64,000 nucleotides of DNA from Allosphingosinicella sp. (GTDB taxonomy: Bacteria; Pseudomonadota; Alphaproteobacteria; Sphingomonadales; Sphingomonadaceae), in NCBI GenBank assembly GCA_036387855.1, contig DASVSZ010000030.1:802-64801 (forward strand). Direction: 5' to 3'. Below the pieces are notes generated by a model. It saw nothing but the letters and a program-made list of their open reading frames with translations. It searched no databases and was not told where the DNA came from. This document shows, piece by piece, positions 1 through 9,882 of the stretch. The position numbers and the translations under genes are program-made. Positions within the stretch are counted from its first letter, which is position 1. Each line of letters starts with the position of its first letter.

Positions 1-96
1 CCCGAAGCGGCGGCAGGAGCCATCCAGGCCGCTCGCGAGACATTCTCCTTGTTCGAGCGGGCCGCAAGTCTGTGCAAGGAACGCCCCGCCTCGTGA
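1..96 (+). CDS. bphO: 3' end of a probable biliverdin-producing heme oxygenase (partial)
   Basis: Frame 1 reads PEAAAGAIQAARETFSLFERAASLCKERPAS*, resembling the BphO C-terminal helix; its TGA overlaps the phytochrome GTG (GTGA at 93-96). Confidence 0.6.
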   Translation, partial: PEAAAGAIQAARETFSLFERAASLCKERPAS

Positions 97-2699
97 CCGA
101 CACGATCCAAGCCGTCGATCTGACCAATTGCGACCGCGAACCGATCCATGCGCTAGGCGAAATCCAGCCGATCGGGTTCCTGCTGGTCCTGTCTTCCGAT
201 TGGTTCGTGCAGCGGGCCTCGGCCAATGTCGACCAGTATCTCGGACAGCCGGTCGAGGATCTGATCGGCAAGCGGCTTGCCGACGTGCTTCCCGCCAGGG
301 CGATCCACGACCTGAGGAACCGCGTGTCGATGCTGCGCGGCACCGATGCGGTCGAGCGGCTTTTCGGCTGCCGCCTCCTCGATGAGACCAAGCCGTTCAG
401 CATCGGGCTCCACCTATCGGGCGGGCAGATCGTCTTGGAAGCGGAGCCCGAGACGGAAGAGCATGGCGATGTGACCGGCACCGTCCGTTCGATGATCACC
501 CGGCTCGACCAGACCCGCGACCTGCCGGCCTTCTTCACCGAAGGCGCCCGGCAGGTGCGGGCGCTGACCGGGTTCGACCGGGTGATGGTGTATCGCTTCG
601 CCACGGATGGATCGGGCGAAGTCGTGGCCGAAATGTGCAAGCCGGGAATCGGCACGTTCAAGGGACTTCGCTACCCCGCCAGCGACATCCCGGCGCAGGC
701 GCGGGAACTATACAAGCGCAACCTGCTGCGCGTGATCACGGACGTGAACGCGGTGCCGGTGCCGATCGTGCCGGAGCGCGACGAGAATGGCCAGCCGCTC
801 GACCTGTCGCTGTCCCTGTTGCGATCGGTGTCGCGCATCCATATCGAATATCTGAAGAATATGGGTGTCGGTGCGTCCATGTCGATCTCGATCCTGGTCG
901 ACGGCAAATTATGGGGCCTGTTCGCCTGCCACCATTATTCGCCGCGCTGCCCGAGCTTCGAGCGGCGATCGGTGTGCGAATTGTTCGCGCAGATGTTCGC
1001 GATGCGGCTGGAAAGCCGGGAGCGCAAGGAAACGGTGGAGTTCGAGCGCCGCGCCCGCGACATTTCCGATCAATTGCTGAGCGCGGTCGCGTCCGACGAG
1101 ACCTTGCTGCGCGATCCCGATTGGCTGGGAGACATTCTGACCCACGTAATCGCCGCGGATGGCGTTGGCGTGTGGATCAACGGCCAGCATGCCTTTTCCG
1201 GCATCACCCCGACCACCGACGCGTTCGCCAGGATCGTCCGCGCGCTTAACGGCACGGCGGCGGGCCGGGTGTTCGCAACCGACCGGATCGCGTCGATCGT
1301 TCCGGGTGCCGAGGATTATGCCGCGACATCCGCCGGGATGCTGGCGATTCCGATCTCCCGGTCGCCGCGCGACTATGTTGTTCTGTTCCGCGGCGAGCTG
1401 GTGCGATCGGTGCGCTGGGCGGGCGACCCGCACAAGCCGGTCGAATATGGGCCCAATGGCCCCCGCCTGTCCCCGCGCGAAAGCTTCGCCGAGTGGAAGG
1501 AACTGGTGGAGGGCCGCTCGCGCCCGTTCACCGCGTCCGAATTGCGGGTTGCCGAGACGCTGCGCGCGACCTTGATCGAAGTGGTGCTACGCCTCGCCGA
1601 CGAAGCCTCGAACGAGCGCCAGCAGGCCAACAAGCGCCAGGAACTGCTGATCGCCGAGCTCAACCACCGGGTCCGCAACATCCTGGGCGTGATCCGCGGC
1701 CTGATCCGCCAGTCCAAGATCAGCTCCGACAGTATCGACGATTTCGTGCACCTGGTCGATGGCCGCGTCCACGCGCTCGCCCGCGCCCACAACCAGATCA
1801 CCGACGACCATTGGGGCCCGGCGCCGATCAACGCGCTGATTGAGGCGGAAGTGGCGGCGTTCAACGGCGAAGGACGAGAGCGGGTGATCACGGACGGGGC
1901 GCCGATCCTGCTCAATCCGCAGGCTTATTCATCGATGGCGCTGGTCATCCACGAACTCGTGACCAATTCGGCGAAGTATGGCAGCCTGTTCGGCTCGGGC
2001 GATGTCAGGATCGACTGGGCCCGGAACGAAGCCGGCGATCTGGTCGTGGACTGGCGGGAGAGCGGCGGCCCGCCGGTTCGCGCACCTTTGCGGAAGGGCT
2101 TCGGCAGTACGATCATCGACCGCTCGGTCCCTTACGATCTCGGCGGAACCGCGAGCATCGAATTCCCGCCCGAGGGCGTGCGGGCCAGCTTCCGCATCCC
2201 TGCCCGGCATGTTTCCGAGCCGACTGATTATCGCGGGCCCGTGATCAAGTTTCCGCGTCCCGCGATCGGCCACCCGGTCGCGATCCCGCAGCAGATCCTC
2301 GCGGAAGAGACGATCCTGCTGGTCGAGGACAGCCTGATCATCGCGCTCGATGCCGAGGACATCCTGACCCGGCTCGGCGCGCGCGACGTGCTGACCGCGG
2401 CGAGCGTGGAAGCGGCAATCGAGACGATCGAGACCGGCAAGCCGACGGTGGCCATGCTCGACATCAATCTGGGCGATCATCTGAGCTTCGCGATCGCCGA
2501 TCGGTTGCTCGAGCTCGATATCCCGTTCCTGTTCGCGACCGGATATGGCGAACAAGCGCAATTGCCGGATCAGCACATCGCCAGAACGGTGGTGCAAAAG
2601 CCCTACACGCTGGAAAACGTCGCGCGCGCCCTGGATGAGCTGCTTCAGACATCCGGATCGGGCAGTGCCGACGTGCCGCAGGCGATGAGCGCCGAGTAG
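93..2699 (+). CDS. bphP: Bacteriophytochrome, PAS-GAF-PHY-HWE histidine kinase-receiver
   Basis: DLTNCDREPIH (bilin-binding Cys), PASDIP, PRESF tongue, ELNHRVRN H-box, WRE motif, C-terminal REC domain (LLVED, LDINL, FATGY, KP). Confidence 0.93.
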   Translation: MTDTIQAVDLTNCDREPIHALGEIQPIGFLLVLSSDWFVQRASANVDQYLGQPVEDLIGKRLADVLPARAIHDLRNRVSMLRGTDAVERLFGCRLLDETKPFSIGLHLSGGQIVLEAEPETEEHGDVTGTVRSMITRLDQTRDLPAFFTEGARQVRALTGFDRVMVYRFATDGSGEVVAEMCKPGIGTFKGLRYPASDIPAQARELYKRNLLRVITDVNAVPVPIVPERDENGQPLDLSLSLLRSVSRIHIEYLKNMGVGASMSISILVDGKLWGLFACHHYSPRCPSFERRSVCELFAQMFAMRLESRERKETVEFERRARDISDQLLSAVASDETLLRDPDWLGDILTHVIAADGVGVWINGQHAFSGITPTTDAFARIVRALNGTAAGRVFATDRIASIVPGAEDYAATSAGMLAIPISRSPRDYVVLFRGELVRSVRWAGDPHKPVEYGPNGPRLSPRESFAEWKELVEGRSRPFTASELRVAETLRATLIEVVLRLADEASNERQQANKRQELLIAELNHRVRNILGVIRGLIRQSKISSDSIDDFVHLVDGRVHALARAHNQITDDHWGPAPINALIEAEVAAFNGEGRERVITDGAPILLNPQAYSSMALVIHELVTNSAKYGSLFGSGDVRIDWARNEAGDLVVDWRESGGPPVRAPLRKGFGSTIIDRSVPYDLGGTASIEFPPEGVRASFRIPARHVSEPTDYRGPVIKFPRPAIGHPVAIPQQILAEETILLVEDSLIIALDAEDILTRLGARDVLTAASVEAAIETIETGKPTVAMLDINLGDHLSFAIADRLLELDIPFLFATGYGEQAQLPDQHIARTVVQKPYTLENVARALDELLQTSGSGSADVPQAMSAE

Positions 2700-2728
2700 C
2701 GGAGCAGGTCGCCTGCCCGCCGGATTGC

Positions 2729-2803
2729 TGGTGACCCCTACGGGAATCGAACCCGTGTTTCAGCCGTGAAAGGGCCGCGTCCTAACCGCTAGACGAAGGG
2801 GCC
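2729..2803 (-). tRNA. tRNA-Glu (TTC)
   Basis: Reverse complement GGCCCCTTCGTCTAGCGGTTAGGACGCGGCCCTTTCACGGCTGAAACACGGGTTCGATTCCCGTAGGGGTCACCA: cloverleaf, GTTCGA T-loop, CCA end. Confidence 0.97.
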
Positions 2804-2851
2804 GGCTAGCCAGCCGCACTTACGAAAGGCTTCCGGGAGGGTCAAGCCGGC

Positions 2852-4630
2852 TCAGTCCGCCCAGGCGGCGTCTTCCAAGTGGAGTTCGGCGGCCGGGCGA
2901 TCGCCCCAATCGTCGCGCTTGATGCGGCCGGCGACCCACAATTTGCGGTGCGCGGGCGCGCTCAGCATCGCCTCCCCGAGCGCGCTGTCGGCCATGCGAA
3001 ATGCGATGGTCTTGATCCGCCGGCCATCGTCGCCGGCGACGACCACGCGCAAATGGCCGTTGCCGACGATATCGGCCTTGACCACCCGAACGGGGCCGGC
3101 CGCGATCCGGGGGGCGGGCCAGCCGGCACCGTAAGGGCCGCCGGCGTCGAGCGCGTCGCACAAGTCCGGGCAGACACCGCCGGGCGCGAGCACCGCATCG
3201 AGCAGCAGGGCCTGGCCGCTCCGGCCGCGCGCGACATCGGCGGCAAGCCGCTCTTCCAGGAAATCGGAAAGCGTCTCGATCATGTCCCGCTCGACGGTCA
3301 GGCCGGCGGCCATGGCATGGCCGCCCCCCGCGACCAGCAATCCGCTTTCCTTCGCGGCGAGCACGGCGGCGCCCAGGTCTACGCCGGAGATGGAGCGGCC
3401 CGAGCCCTTGCCGAGCCCGTCCTCGCCGATCGCTACCACGATCGCGGGCCGGCCGAGCTTTTCCTTGAGGCGGCCGGCGACGATCCCGATCACGCCGGGG
3501 TGCCAGCCCTCTCCGCTGACCAATGCGATCGCGCGATTGCCTTGAGCGGAGCACAGGCCTTGCGCGGCTTCGCTGACCAATGTCTCGATCGCGCGCCGTT
3601 CCTCATTGTGCCGCTCGAGCTCGGCCGCGATCGCCTCGGCCTCGCCCGGATATTCGGTGGTGAGCAGCCGCACGCCGAGGTCCGAAGCGCCCACGCGGCC
3701 GCCGGCGTTGATCCGGGGTCCAAGCGCGAAGCCCAGGTCCGCGCAGGTCGGCGCGCGGGTGAGGCGGGCGGCATCGATCAGAGCGGACAGGCCGACATTG
3801 CGGCGCGCGGCCATGACCTTGAGCCCCTGCGTCACGAACGCGCGGTTGAGGCCGCGCAGCTGCGCGACATCGGCGACGGTGCCAAGCGCGACCAGATCAA
3901 GCAGATCCACAAGGCGCGGCTCCGGCCGGTTCGCAAAAAATCCGCGTGCGCGAAGGGTGCGGATCAAGGCGGCGCCGAGCAGGAAGCAGACGCCGACCGC
4001 GGCGAGATGGCCGTGTGCGGCCGCCTGGTCGCACTCGTCGAGCCGGTTTGGATTGACCAGGGCAAGGGCGGCCGGGAGCGCCGCCGCGCATTTGTGGTGA
4101 TCGACGACCAGTACGTCGACCCCCGCCGCCTTGGCCATTTCCAGCGCCTCGAACGCCTGCGCGCCGCAATCCACAGTGACGATCAGGCTCGCCCCGCCCC
4201 GCGCGATCCGGACGAGCGCCTCGCCGGAGGGGCCATAGCCTTCCATCAGCCGGTCCGGGATATAGGCGCGCGGATCGCAGCCGAGATCGCGCAGGAGCCG
4301 GACCATCAGCGCGGCCGAAGTGGCGCCATCCACGTCATAATCGCCGAAGATGGTCACGTTTTCGCGCGCTTCGACCGCATCGGCGAGCCGCTCGGCCGAG
4401 CGATCCATGTCCCGGAACAGCGACGGATCGGGCATGAAGCCGCGGATGGTGGGCGCGCGGTGGCGCTCCAGTTCCTCGCGGATCACGCCACGCGCGAGCA
4501 GCAGCTGATCGACCAGATCGTCGGGCTGAAAGCCGGCATCGCTGCCATCCGCCGCCGTACCCCGCCAGCGCCAGGGCTGGCCGAGGATCGAGCGCTCCAC
4601 GCCGAGCACGAGGCTGGATGTCATCAGCAT
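2852..4630 (-). CDS. recJ: ssDNA-specific exonuclease RecJ
   Basis: GDYDVDG, VDCG, DHH, PRINAGGR, GGHAMAAG motifs. Confidence 0.96.
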   Translation of the reverse strand: MLMTSSLVLGVERSILGQPWRWRGTAADGSDAGFQPDDLVDQLLLARGVIREELERHRAPTIRGFMPDPSLFRDMDRSAERLADAVEARENVTIFGDYDVDGATSAALMVRLLRDLGCDPRAYIPDRLMEGYGPSGEALVRIARGGASLIVTVDCGAQAFEALEMAKAAGVDVLVVDHHKCAAALPAALALVNPNRLDECDQAAAHGHLAAVGVCFLLGAALIRTLRARGFFANRPEPRLVDLLDLVALGTVADVAQLRGLNRAFVTQGLKVMAARRNVGLSALIDAARLTRAPTCADLGFALGPRINAGGRVGASDLGVRLLTTEYPGEAEAIAAELERHNEERRAIETLVSEAAQGLCSAQGNRAIALVSGEGWHPGVIGIVAGRLKEKLGRPAIVVAIGEDGLGKGSGRSISGVDLGAAVLAAKESGLLVAGGGHAMAAGLTVERDMIETLSDFLEERLAADVARGRSGQALLLDAVLAPGGVCPDLCDALDAGGPYGAGWPAPRIAAGPVRVVKADIVGNGHLRVVVAGDDGRRIKTIAFRMADSALGEAMLSAPAHRKLWVAGRIKRDDWGDRPAAELHLEDAAWAD

Positions 4631-4940
4631 GACACGGGTCTAGAGCAGCAAGGGCGCGGCGTGAATCCGGTTTGTGCAGTTCCCAGCACCTGAAGGCGCG
4701 GGCGAAATCGTCAGCGGGGGCGGTGATTGCGGCTGAAGTCGGCATTCGTGACCACGAGCGCTTTGATGCCTGCCATGGGCGAAAAGCGGACCTAGGCAGC
4801 AGTGCGAGCGGGGGGTGCCAAGCCCGGAACGAACTTCCCGACACCGGTTCGAACGGCCCGGACCTCCTCCGATCCCGCAGCCCTACATGTCGAAGCAATA
4901 AGCGCGCGCCGCTCTGAAACGGTATCGTGGCTGGGCTGGA

Positions 4941-5927
4941 TCACGAGCCGGGTGAAAGCAGCAGACCAGTCTCGACCCTGTTTCGCCCCGATGCCTTTGC
5001 TTTGTAAAGGGCGCTATCCGCGGCCTGGAGCAGGCCTTCGGGCATTCGCATCGTGCCGCCGCGCGTCGCGATCGCGGTAGCGACGCCGATGCTGACGGTT
5101 ACGCGGTCGATGGTACCGCTTTTCGGGTGAGGGAGGCCGACGGCTGCGATTTCCGCAAGTATGCGTTTAGCGACATCCAATGCTCCCGCTTGATCCGTGT
5201 CCGGGAGGATCAGCGCAAATTCTTCTCCGCCGTATCGCGCGACGAGATCGGTCGGCCGCTTGACGGCAGCGCGTAGAGAGCAGGCCACCTCCCGCAGGCA
5301 ATCGTCGCCGACTTGATGCCCGAAATGATCATTGAACTTCTTGAAGTGATCGACGTCCACGACAAGTAACGACACGCAGTTGTTCAGCCGTGAGGCTCTT
5401 GCCCACTCGCGCGTGAGCGTTTCATCAAAAGCACGGCGGTTCGCGAGACCCGTGAGGGCGTCGGTTCTCGCAAGTTGGGCGAGCTGGAATTCCAGCTCCT
5501 TCTTGAGCGAGATGTCGCGCATCGTCAGGATCAGGTCTGTTGTTCGTCCGGTCTCGTCTTTCAGGCTGCGGCAGTTCGTCTCCACCCAAACCGTCGACCC
5601 ATCGCGATGAAGCATCCGAAACTCGGTCTTAAGCTCATCCGCCTCACCGGAAAGGTGGCGAGCAATGGCTTCGGACACCTTGCCTTGATCGTCCGGGTGA
5701 AGGTGCTTGCTGCCTGCGGCCGAGCCGCCCATCTCGCGGATCTCTTCGGGCGTCCAGCCGAGCAGATTTTGTGCCGAGGGAGAGATATACTTGGCCCGCA
5801 AATCCGTTCCGAACCGGAAAATCACGTCGGCCGAGTTCTCCGCCAGAAGCCTGAACGCGTCGTCACCGCTGGCGCCAACGGGCGCGGGCGCCGGCTCCCT
5901 CCCAATGATTCTTCGCCAGAACACCAT
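4941..5927 (-). CDS. PAS/PAC-GGDEF diguanylate cyclase
   Basis: PAS (HPDD, WVETN), DALTGLANRR, DVDHFKKFND, RPTD I-site then ARYGGEEF; start placed at ATG 5927. Confidence 0.9.
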   Translation of the reverse strand: MVFWRRIIGREPAPAPVGASGDDAFRLLAENSADVIFRFGTDLRAKYISPSAQNLLGWTPEEIREMGGSAAGSKHLHPDDQGKVSEAIARHLSGEADELKTEFRMLHRDGSTVWVETNCRSLKDETGRTTDLILTMRDISLKKELEFQLAQLARTDALTGLANRRAFDETLTREWARASRLNNCVSLLVVDVDHFKKFNDHFGHQVGDDCLREVACSLRAAVKRPTDLVARYGGEEFALILPDTDQAGALDVAKRILAEIAAVGLPHPKSGTIDRVTVSIGVATAIATRGGTMRMPEGLLQAADSALYKAKASGRNRVETGLLLSPGS

Positions 5928-6083
5928 GACTTGCCTCCGGGGCACATTGTAGCTGGTGGAAATTAACTTTAGGTTCGCAGCGTCCAGGGCCGAATCTCCC
6001 ACAGTGGATGGAAGGCTTCCTGCCCGCCTTCGCCTTGCCACCCGTCGATGCACATTTCCGGGCCGCGACGGGAACTGCTGCTG

Positions 6084-7175
6084 TCACTGGGCTTCGGCGT
6101 CGAGTCTGGAATGATGAATGAAAGACAGTTTGTCGGCGGCCCATGAAGCTGCTTCGGCGACCACCGGATTGGGATCGGCGCCGAGCTGCGTCAGTTGCGG
6201 CAGATAGCTGCGGTTGCCGCTGTTGCCGGCCGCGACCGCGGCGTTGCGGACCATGCGGTCGCGGCCGATGCGCTTGATCGGGGAGCCGGCGAAGACCTGG
6301 CGGAAGGCGGCGTCGTCGAGCGCGAGCAGATCGGCGAGAGCGGGCGCGGCCAGTTCGGCGCGGGGGAGGAAGGCCTGATTACGGCGCGCGGCGTCGGCGA
6401 AGCGGTTCCACGGGCAGACCGACAGGCAATCGTCGCAGCCATAGATGCGGTTGCCGATCGCGGCGCGGAATTCGTGCGGGATCGGGCCTTTATGCTCGAT
6501 CGTGAGATAGGAGATGCAGCGGCGGGCGTCGAGGCGGAACGGAGCGGGGAAGGCCTTGGTCGGGCAGGCATCGAGGCAGGCTGTGCAGGAGCCGCAATGG
6601 ACGCGGTGCGGCTCATCGGCGTTGACGCTGTGCTCGCCGAGGTCGAGCGTCGTGTAGATCGCGCCCAGGAACAGCCAGCTGCCGTCGTGACGGCTGACCA
6701 GATTGGTGTGCTTGCCCTGCCAGCCGAGGCCGGCGGCGGCGGCGAGCGGCTTTTCCATGACTGGCGCGGTGTCGACGAATACCTTGAGCTGGCAGCCCGC
6801 CTCCGCGACCAGCCAGCGGGCGAGCGCCTTGAGCGCCCGCTTGATCACGTCGTGATAATCGCCGCCCTGCGCATAGACCGAGATGCGGCCGACGTCCGGC
6901 TCGCCGGCATGAGCGAGCGGGTCTTGGGCGGGCGCGTAGCTCATGCCGAGCGAGATGACCGAGCGCACCTCGGGCCAGAGCGCTTGCGGGCTGCCGCGCC
7001 GCTCGGACGTTTCCTCCATCCAGATCATGTCGCCATGCGCGCCATCCGCAAGCCAGGCGCGCAGCCGGTCGGCGGTCTGCGGGGCAGCGTCCGCGCGGGC
7101 GATGCCAAAGGCGGCGAAGCCCAGCGCCTGGGCCTCGGCTTCCAGCCGTTCGCGAAGGTTGCTTGTCGTCGCCAC
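6084..7175 (-). CDS. queG: Epoxyqueuosine reductase
   Basis: [43 protein letters not shown]. Confidence 0.95.
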   Translation of the reverse strand: MATTSNLRERLEAEAQALGFAAFGIARADAAPQTADRLRAWLADGAHGDMIWMEETSERRGSPQALWPEVRSVISLGMSYAPAQDPLAHAGEPDVGRISVYAQGGDYHDVIKRALKALARWLVAEAGCQLKVFVDTAPVMEKPLAAAAGLGWQGKHTNLVSRHDGSWLFLGAIYTTLDLGEHSVNADEPHRVHCGSCTACLDACPTKAFPAPFRLDARRCISYLTIEHKGPIPHEFRAAIGNRIYGCDDCLSVCPWNRFADAARRNQAFLPRAELAAPALADLLALDDAAFRQVFAGSPIKRIGRDRMVRNAAVAAGNSGNRSYLPQLTQLGADPNPVVAEAASWAADKLSFIHHSRLDAEAQ

Positions 7176-7218
7176 GGCCGGTCGCTACCACGTTGAAAAG
7201 CTACGGGGACAGCAAAGA

Positions 7219-8163
7219 GTGGGTGGGCTCGCGATTGAAGCCAAGGGGCTTCGCAAGGCGTTCGACGGCAAGCCGGCCGTGGACGGGATCGATATCGCGG
7301 TGCCGGAGGGCAGCATCTACGGCGTGCTCGGGCCCAACGGCGCCGGCAAGACGACCACCCTGCGCATGCTGCTCGGCATCATCGATCCGGACGAGGGGAC
7401 GCGCAGCCTGCTCGGCCACGAGCGGCCGCTTGAGGCGGCGCACATCGTCGGCTACCTGCCGGAGGAGCGTGGCCTGTATCCGGCGATGACGACCCGCGAC
7501 GCGATCGCCTTCATGGGCGCGCTGCGTGGGCTTCCGCTCGATGTCGGCAAGAAGCGGGCGGAAGGCCTGCTGCGCGACAACGGCCTGGGCGATTACGTGG
7601 CCAAGCCGATCAAGAGCCTGTCCAAGGGCATGGCGCAGACCGTGCAGCTGTTCGGCACGATCGTGCATCGGCCCAAGCTGATCGTGCTGGACGAGCCTTT
7701 TTCCGGCCTCGACGCGATCAACCAAGGGCGGCTGGAACAATTGATCCGGGCCGAAGCGGCGGCGGGCGCGACTATCGTCTTCTCCACTCATGTGATCGCG
7801 CATGCCGAGCGCCTGTGCGAGCGGATCGCGATCATCGCCGGTGGGCAGATCCGATTCGAGGGCAGCGTCGCCGAGGCGCGTGACAGGCTGCGGCCGCAGG
7901 TCCGACTGCGCACCCGCGCGGCCAACGGGTCCTGGCGCGCGGCGTTGCCGGCCGATGCGCGCTACGAAGAAGAGGTCTGGCTTTTCGAGCTGCCGGGCGC
8001 GGGCATCGAGCCATTGCTCAAGGCGCTGATCGACGGCGGCGCGGGGATCGAGGAATTGTCGATCGAGCGGCCCGGCCTGCACGACGCGTTCGTCGCGATC
8101 GCGGGCGAGGCTGCGGCGCGGCAGATGGAGCAAGGTGCCGAACCCGAGCTGGAGGCCGCCTGA
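7219..8163 (+). CDS. ABC-2 type transporter ATP-binding protein
   Basis: GPNGAGKT, LSKGM, LDEPFSGLD; GTG start inferred. Confidence 0.9.
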   Translation: MGGLAIEAKGLRKAFDGKPAVDGIDIAVPEGSIYGVLGPNGAGKTTTLRMLLGIIDPDEGTRSLLGHERPLEAAHIVGYLPEERGLYPAMTTRDAIAFMGALRGLPLDVGKKRAEGLLRDNGLGDYVAKPIKSLSKGMAQTVQLFGTIVHRPKLIVLDEPFSGLDAINQGRLEQLIRAEAAAGATIVFSTHVIAHAERLCERIAIIAGGQIRFEGSVAEARDRLRPQVRLRTRAANGSWRAALPADARYEEEVWLFELPGAGIEPLLKALIDGGAGIEELSIERPGLHDAFVAIAGEAAARQMEQGAEPELEAA

Positions 8164-9374
8164 TGAACCGCTTCTTCCGATCCGCCATGGTCGTCGCCCG
8201 CCGCGATTTTGTGGCGACCGTTTATACCAAGACGTTCCTTCTGTTCCTGATCGGGCCGCTGCTGATCATCGGCGTCTCCGTCCTGTTCGGCAACCTGACC
8301 GAGCAGATGGCGCGGCAGGATACCAAGGCCAATCTGGCGATCGTGTCGAGCAAGGCCGATTTCGACGCGCTGGTGGCGGCGCGCGAGCGGCTGCTGCCGA
8401 GCTTCGGTGAGGATGGTCTGCCCGAACTGGTCCATGCCGAGCCCGATTACGTCGTGTCCGCGCAGGTTCAGGACCTGCTCGCCTCGCGCGACAAGAAGGT
8501 GCTGGCGGTGCTGAGCGGCGGGCTCGCCGCGCCGAAACTGACGGGTGACTTGAGCGAGACCGGCCGCATCCGTTCGCAAGTCGCGATGATGGTGAACGAC
8601 GCGCTTGCAACGCGCGCGGGCGCTCGCCCGGTAACCGTTGCATTCGAGAAGGTGGAGGAGACCGCCGGCTCGCTCGCGTCGTTGCGCGCGCTGACCGCCC
8701 GGGCGGGGCAGCTGTTGCTGTTCATGGTGACGGTGCTGCTCGCGGGCATGCTGTTGTCCAACCTGGTCGAGGAAAAATCGAACAAGGTGATCGAAGTGCT
8801 CGCCGCGGCGATCCCGGTCGATGCGATCTTCCTCGGTAAGTTGTTCGCCATGCTGGCCGTGTCCCTGGTCGGCATCGGCGTGTGGGCCGGCGGCGGCGCG
8901 CTCGCGCTGACGCTGTGGCCGACGGGGGGCGGCGGGTTTCCCACGCCGGCGGTGGGTTGGCCGGCCTTCGTGCTGCTGGTGGTGCTCTATTACGCGGCCA
9001 ATTACCTGCTGCTGGGTGCCTTGTTCCTTGGCATCGGATCGCAGGCGGCATCGGTGCGCGAAGTGCAGATCCTGTCGATGCCGGTCACGGTCGGCCAAAT
9101 GCTGATCTTTATGTTCGCATCGGCTGCGGTGGGTCCGTTCAATGGCCCGATCGGGATCGGCGCCGCCGTGTTCCCGTTCAGCTCGCCACTGGCGATGGTC
9201 GCGAGGGCCGCCCAGACACCCGAATTGTGGCCACATCTGCTGGCACTTGCCTGGCAGGCTTTGTGGGTCTGGCTGACCATCAAGATCAGCGCCAGCCTGT
9301 TCCGCCGTAACGTGATGAAGTCCGGCGGCGGAGGCGGCGGCGCGCGCACGGTGCTGCGGCCCAAGCAGGCGTAG
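8163..9374 (+). CDS. ABC-2 type permease (NatB-like)
   Basis: Multiple TM helices, VEEKSNKVIEVL motif, translationally coupled to the ATPase. Confidence 0.88.
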   Translation: MNRFFRSAMVVARRDFVATVYTKTFLLFLIGPLLIIGVSVLFGNLTEQMARQDTKANLAIVSSKADFDALVAARERLLPSFGEDGLPELVHAEPDYVVSAQVQDLLASRDKKVLAVLSGGLAAPKLTGDLSETGRIRSQVAMMVNDALATRAGARPVTVAFEKVEETAGSLASLRALTARAGQLLLFMVTVLLAGMLLSNLVEEKSNKVIEVLAAAIPVDAIFLGKLFAMLAVSLVGIGVWAGGGALALTLWPTGGGGFPTPAVGWPAFVLLVVLYYAANYLLLGALFLGIGSQAASVREVQILSMPVTVGQMLIFMFASAAVGPFNGPIGIGAAVFPFSSPLAMVARAAQTPELWPHLLALAWQALWVWLTIKISASLFRRNVMKSGGGGGGARTVLRPKQA

Positions 9375-9401
9375 AGCTGGAATGACGAGCCAATACGTGT
9401 T

Positions 9402-9487
9402 CGTCCGCCCGGACTCGATCCGGGCCAGGGCTTATTTCCTGCCTCAAGTCAGAGGCAGCCCAGCCCCGGATCAAGTCCGGGGCGACG
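9402..9487. repeat. REP-like inverted doublet, family B (CCGGACTYGATCCGG ... CCGGATCAAGTCCGG)
   Basis: Inverted arms around a spacer; second copy at 60533-60616. Confidence 0.85.
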
Positions 9488-9519
9488 TGGTTTTAGCAGC
9501 TCATCTCAGTTCACCAACT

Positions 9520-9870
9520 CTACGGTCGCTCCGCGACACGGTGCAGCGGCACTCCCGCCTTGGTCAGTTCCGGGCCGAGCCGGCCGGTCAGCCACAGCCA
9601 CCACATTTTGAAGTCCGCCGCGAGCGACCAGCTTGGATAGGTGAAGGTCGCCGGCCGGTTGCGCTCGACCGCCAGATGGCTGGCCCAGGCAAAGCCGTAG
9701 CCGGCCAGCGGCATCGCGATCAGCAGCCACCAATTGCCGGTCACCAAAGCCGCGATCGCGATCAGGACGACCAGGCTGGTGCCGGCATAGTGGAGCGCGC
9801 GCGTTCTGGGCTTGGCGTGCTCGCGAAGGTAGAAGGGCCAGAACTCCGCGAAGGTGCGATACGCGCGCAT
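9520..9870 (-). CDS. DUF962 / Mpo1-like membrane protein
   Basis: FWPFYLREH, RALHYAG, GYGFAWASH, RNRPATFTYP. Confidence 0.85.
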   Translation of the reverse strand: MRAYRTFAEFWPFYLREHAKPRTRALHYAGTSLVVLIAIAALVTGNWWLLIAMPLAGYGFAWASHLAVERNRPATFTYPSWSLAADFKMWWLWLTGRLGPELTKAGVPLHRVAERP

Positions 9871-9882
9871 GGCCCTGCTCCC

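Noticed and set aside
2700-2851. tRNA-Glu as an island or prophage attachment site
   Set aside because: No integrase and no duplicated tRNA 3' end seen in the window; sequence left of position 1 cannot be assessed
5960-5980. CtrA box upstream of the GGDEF gene (TTAA-N7-TTCG)
   Set aside because: Only one half-site matches; too weak to call
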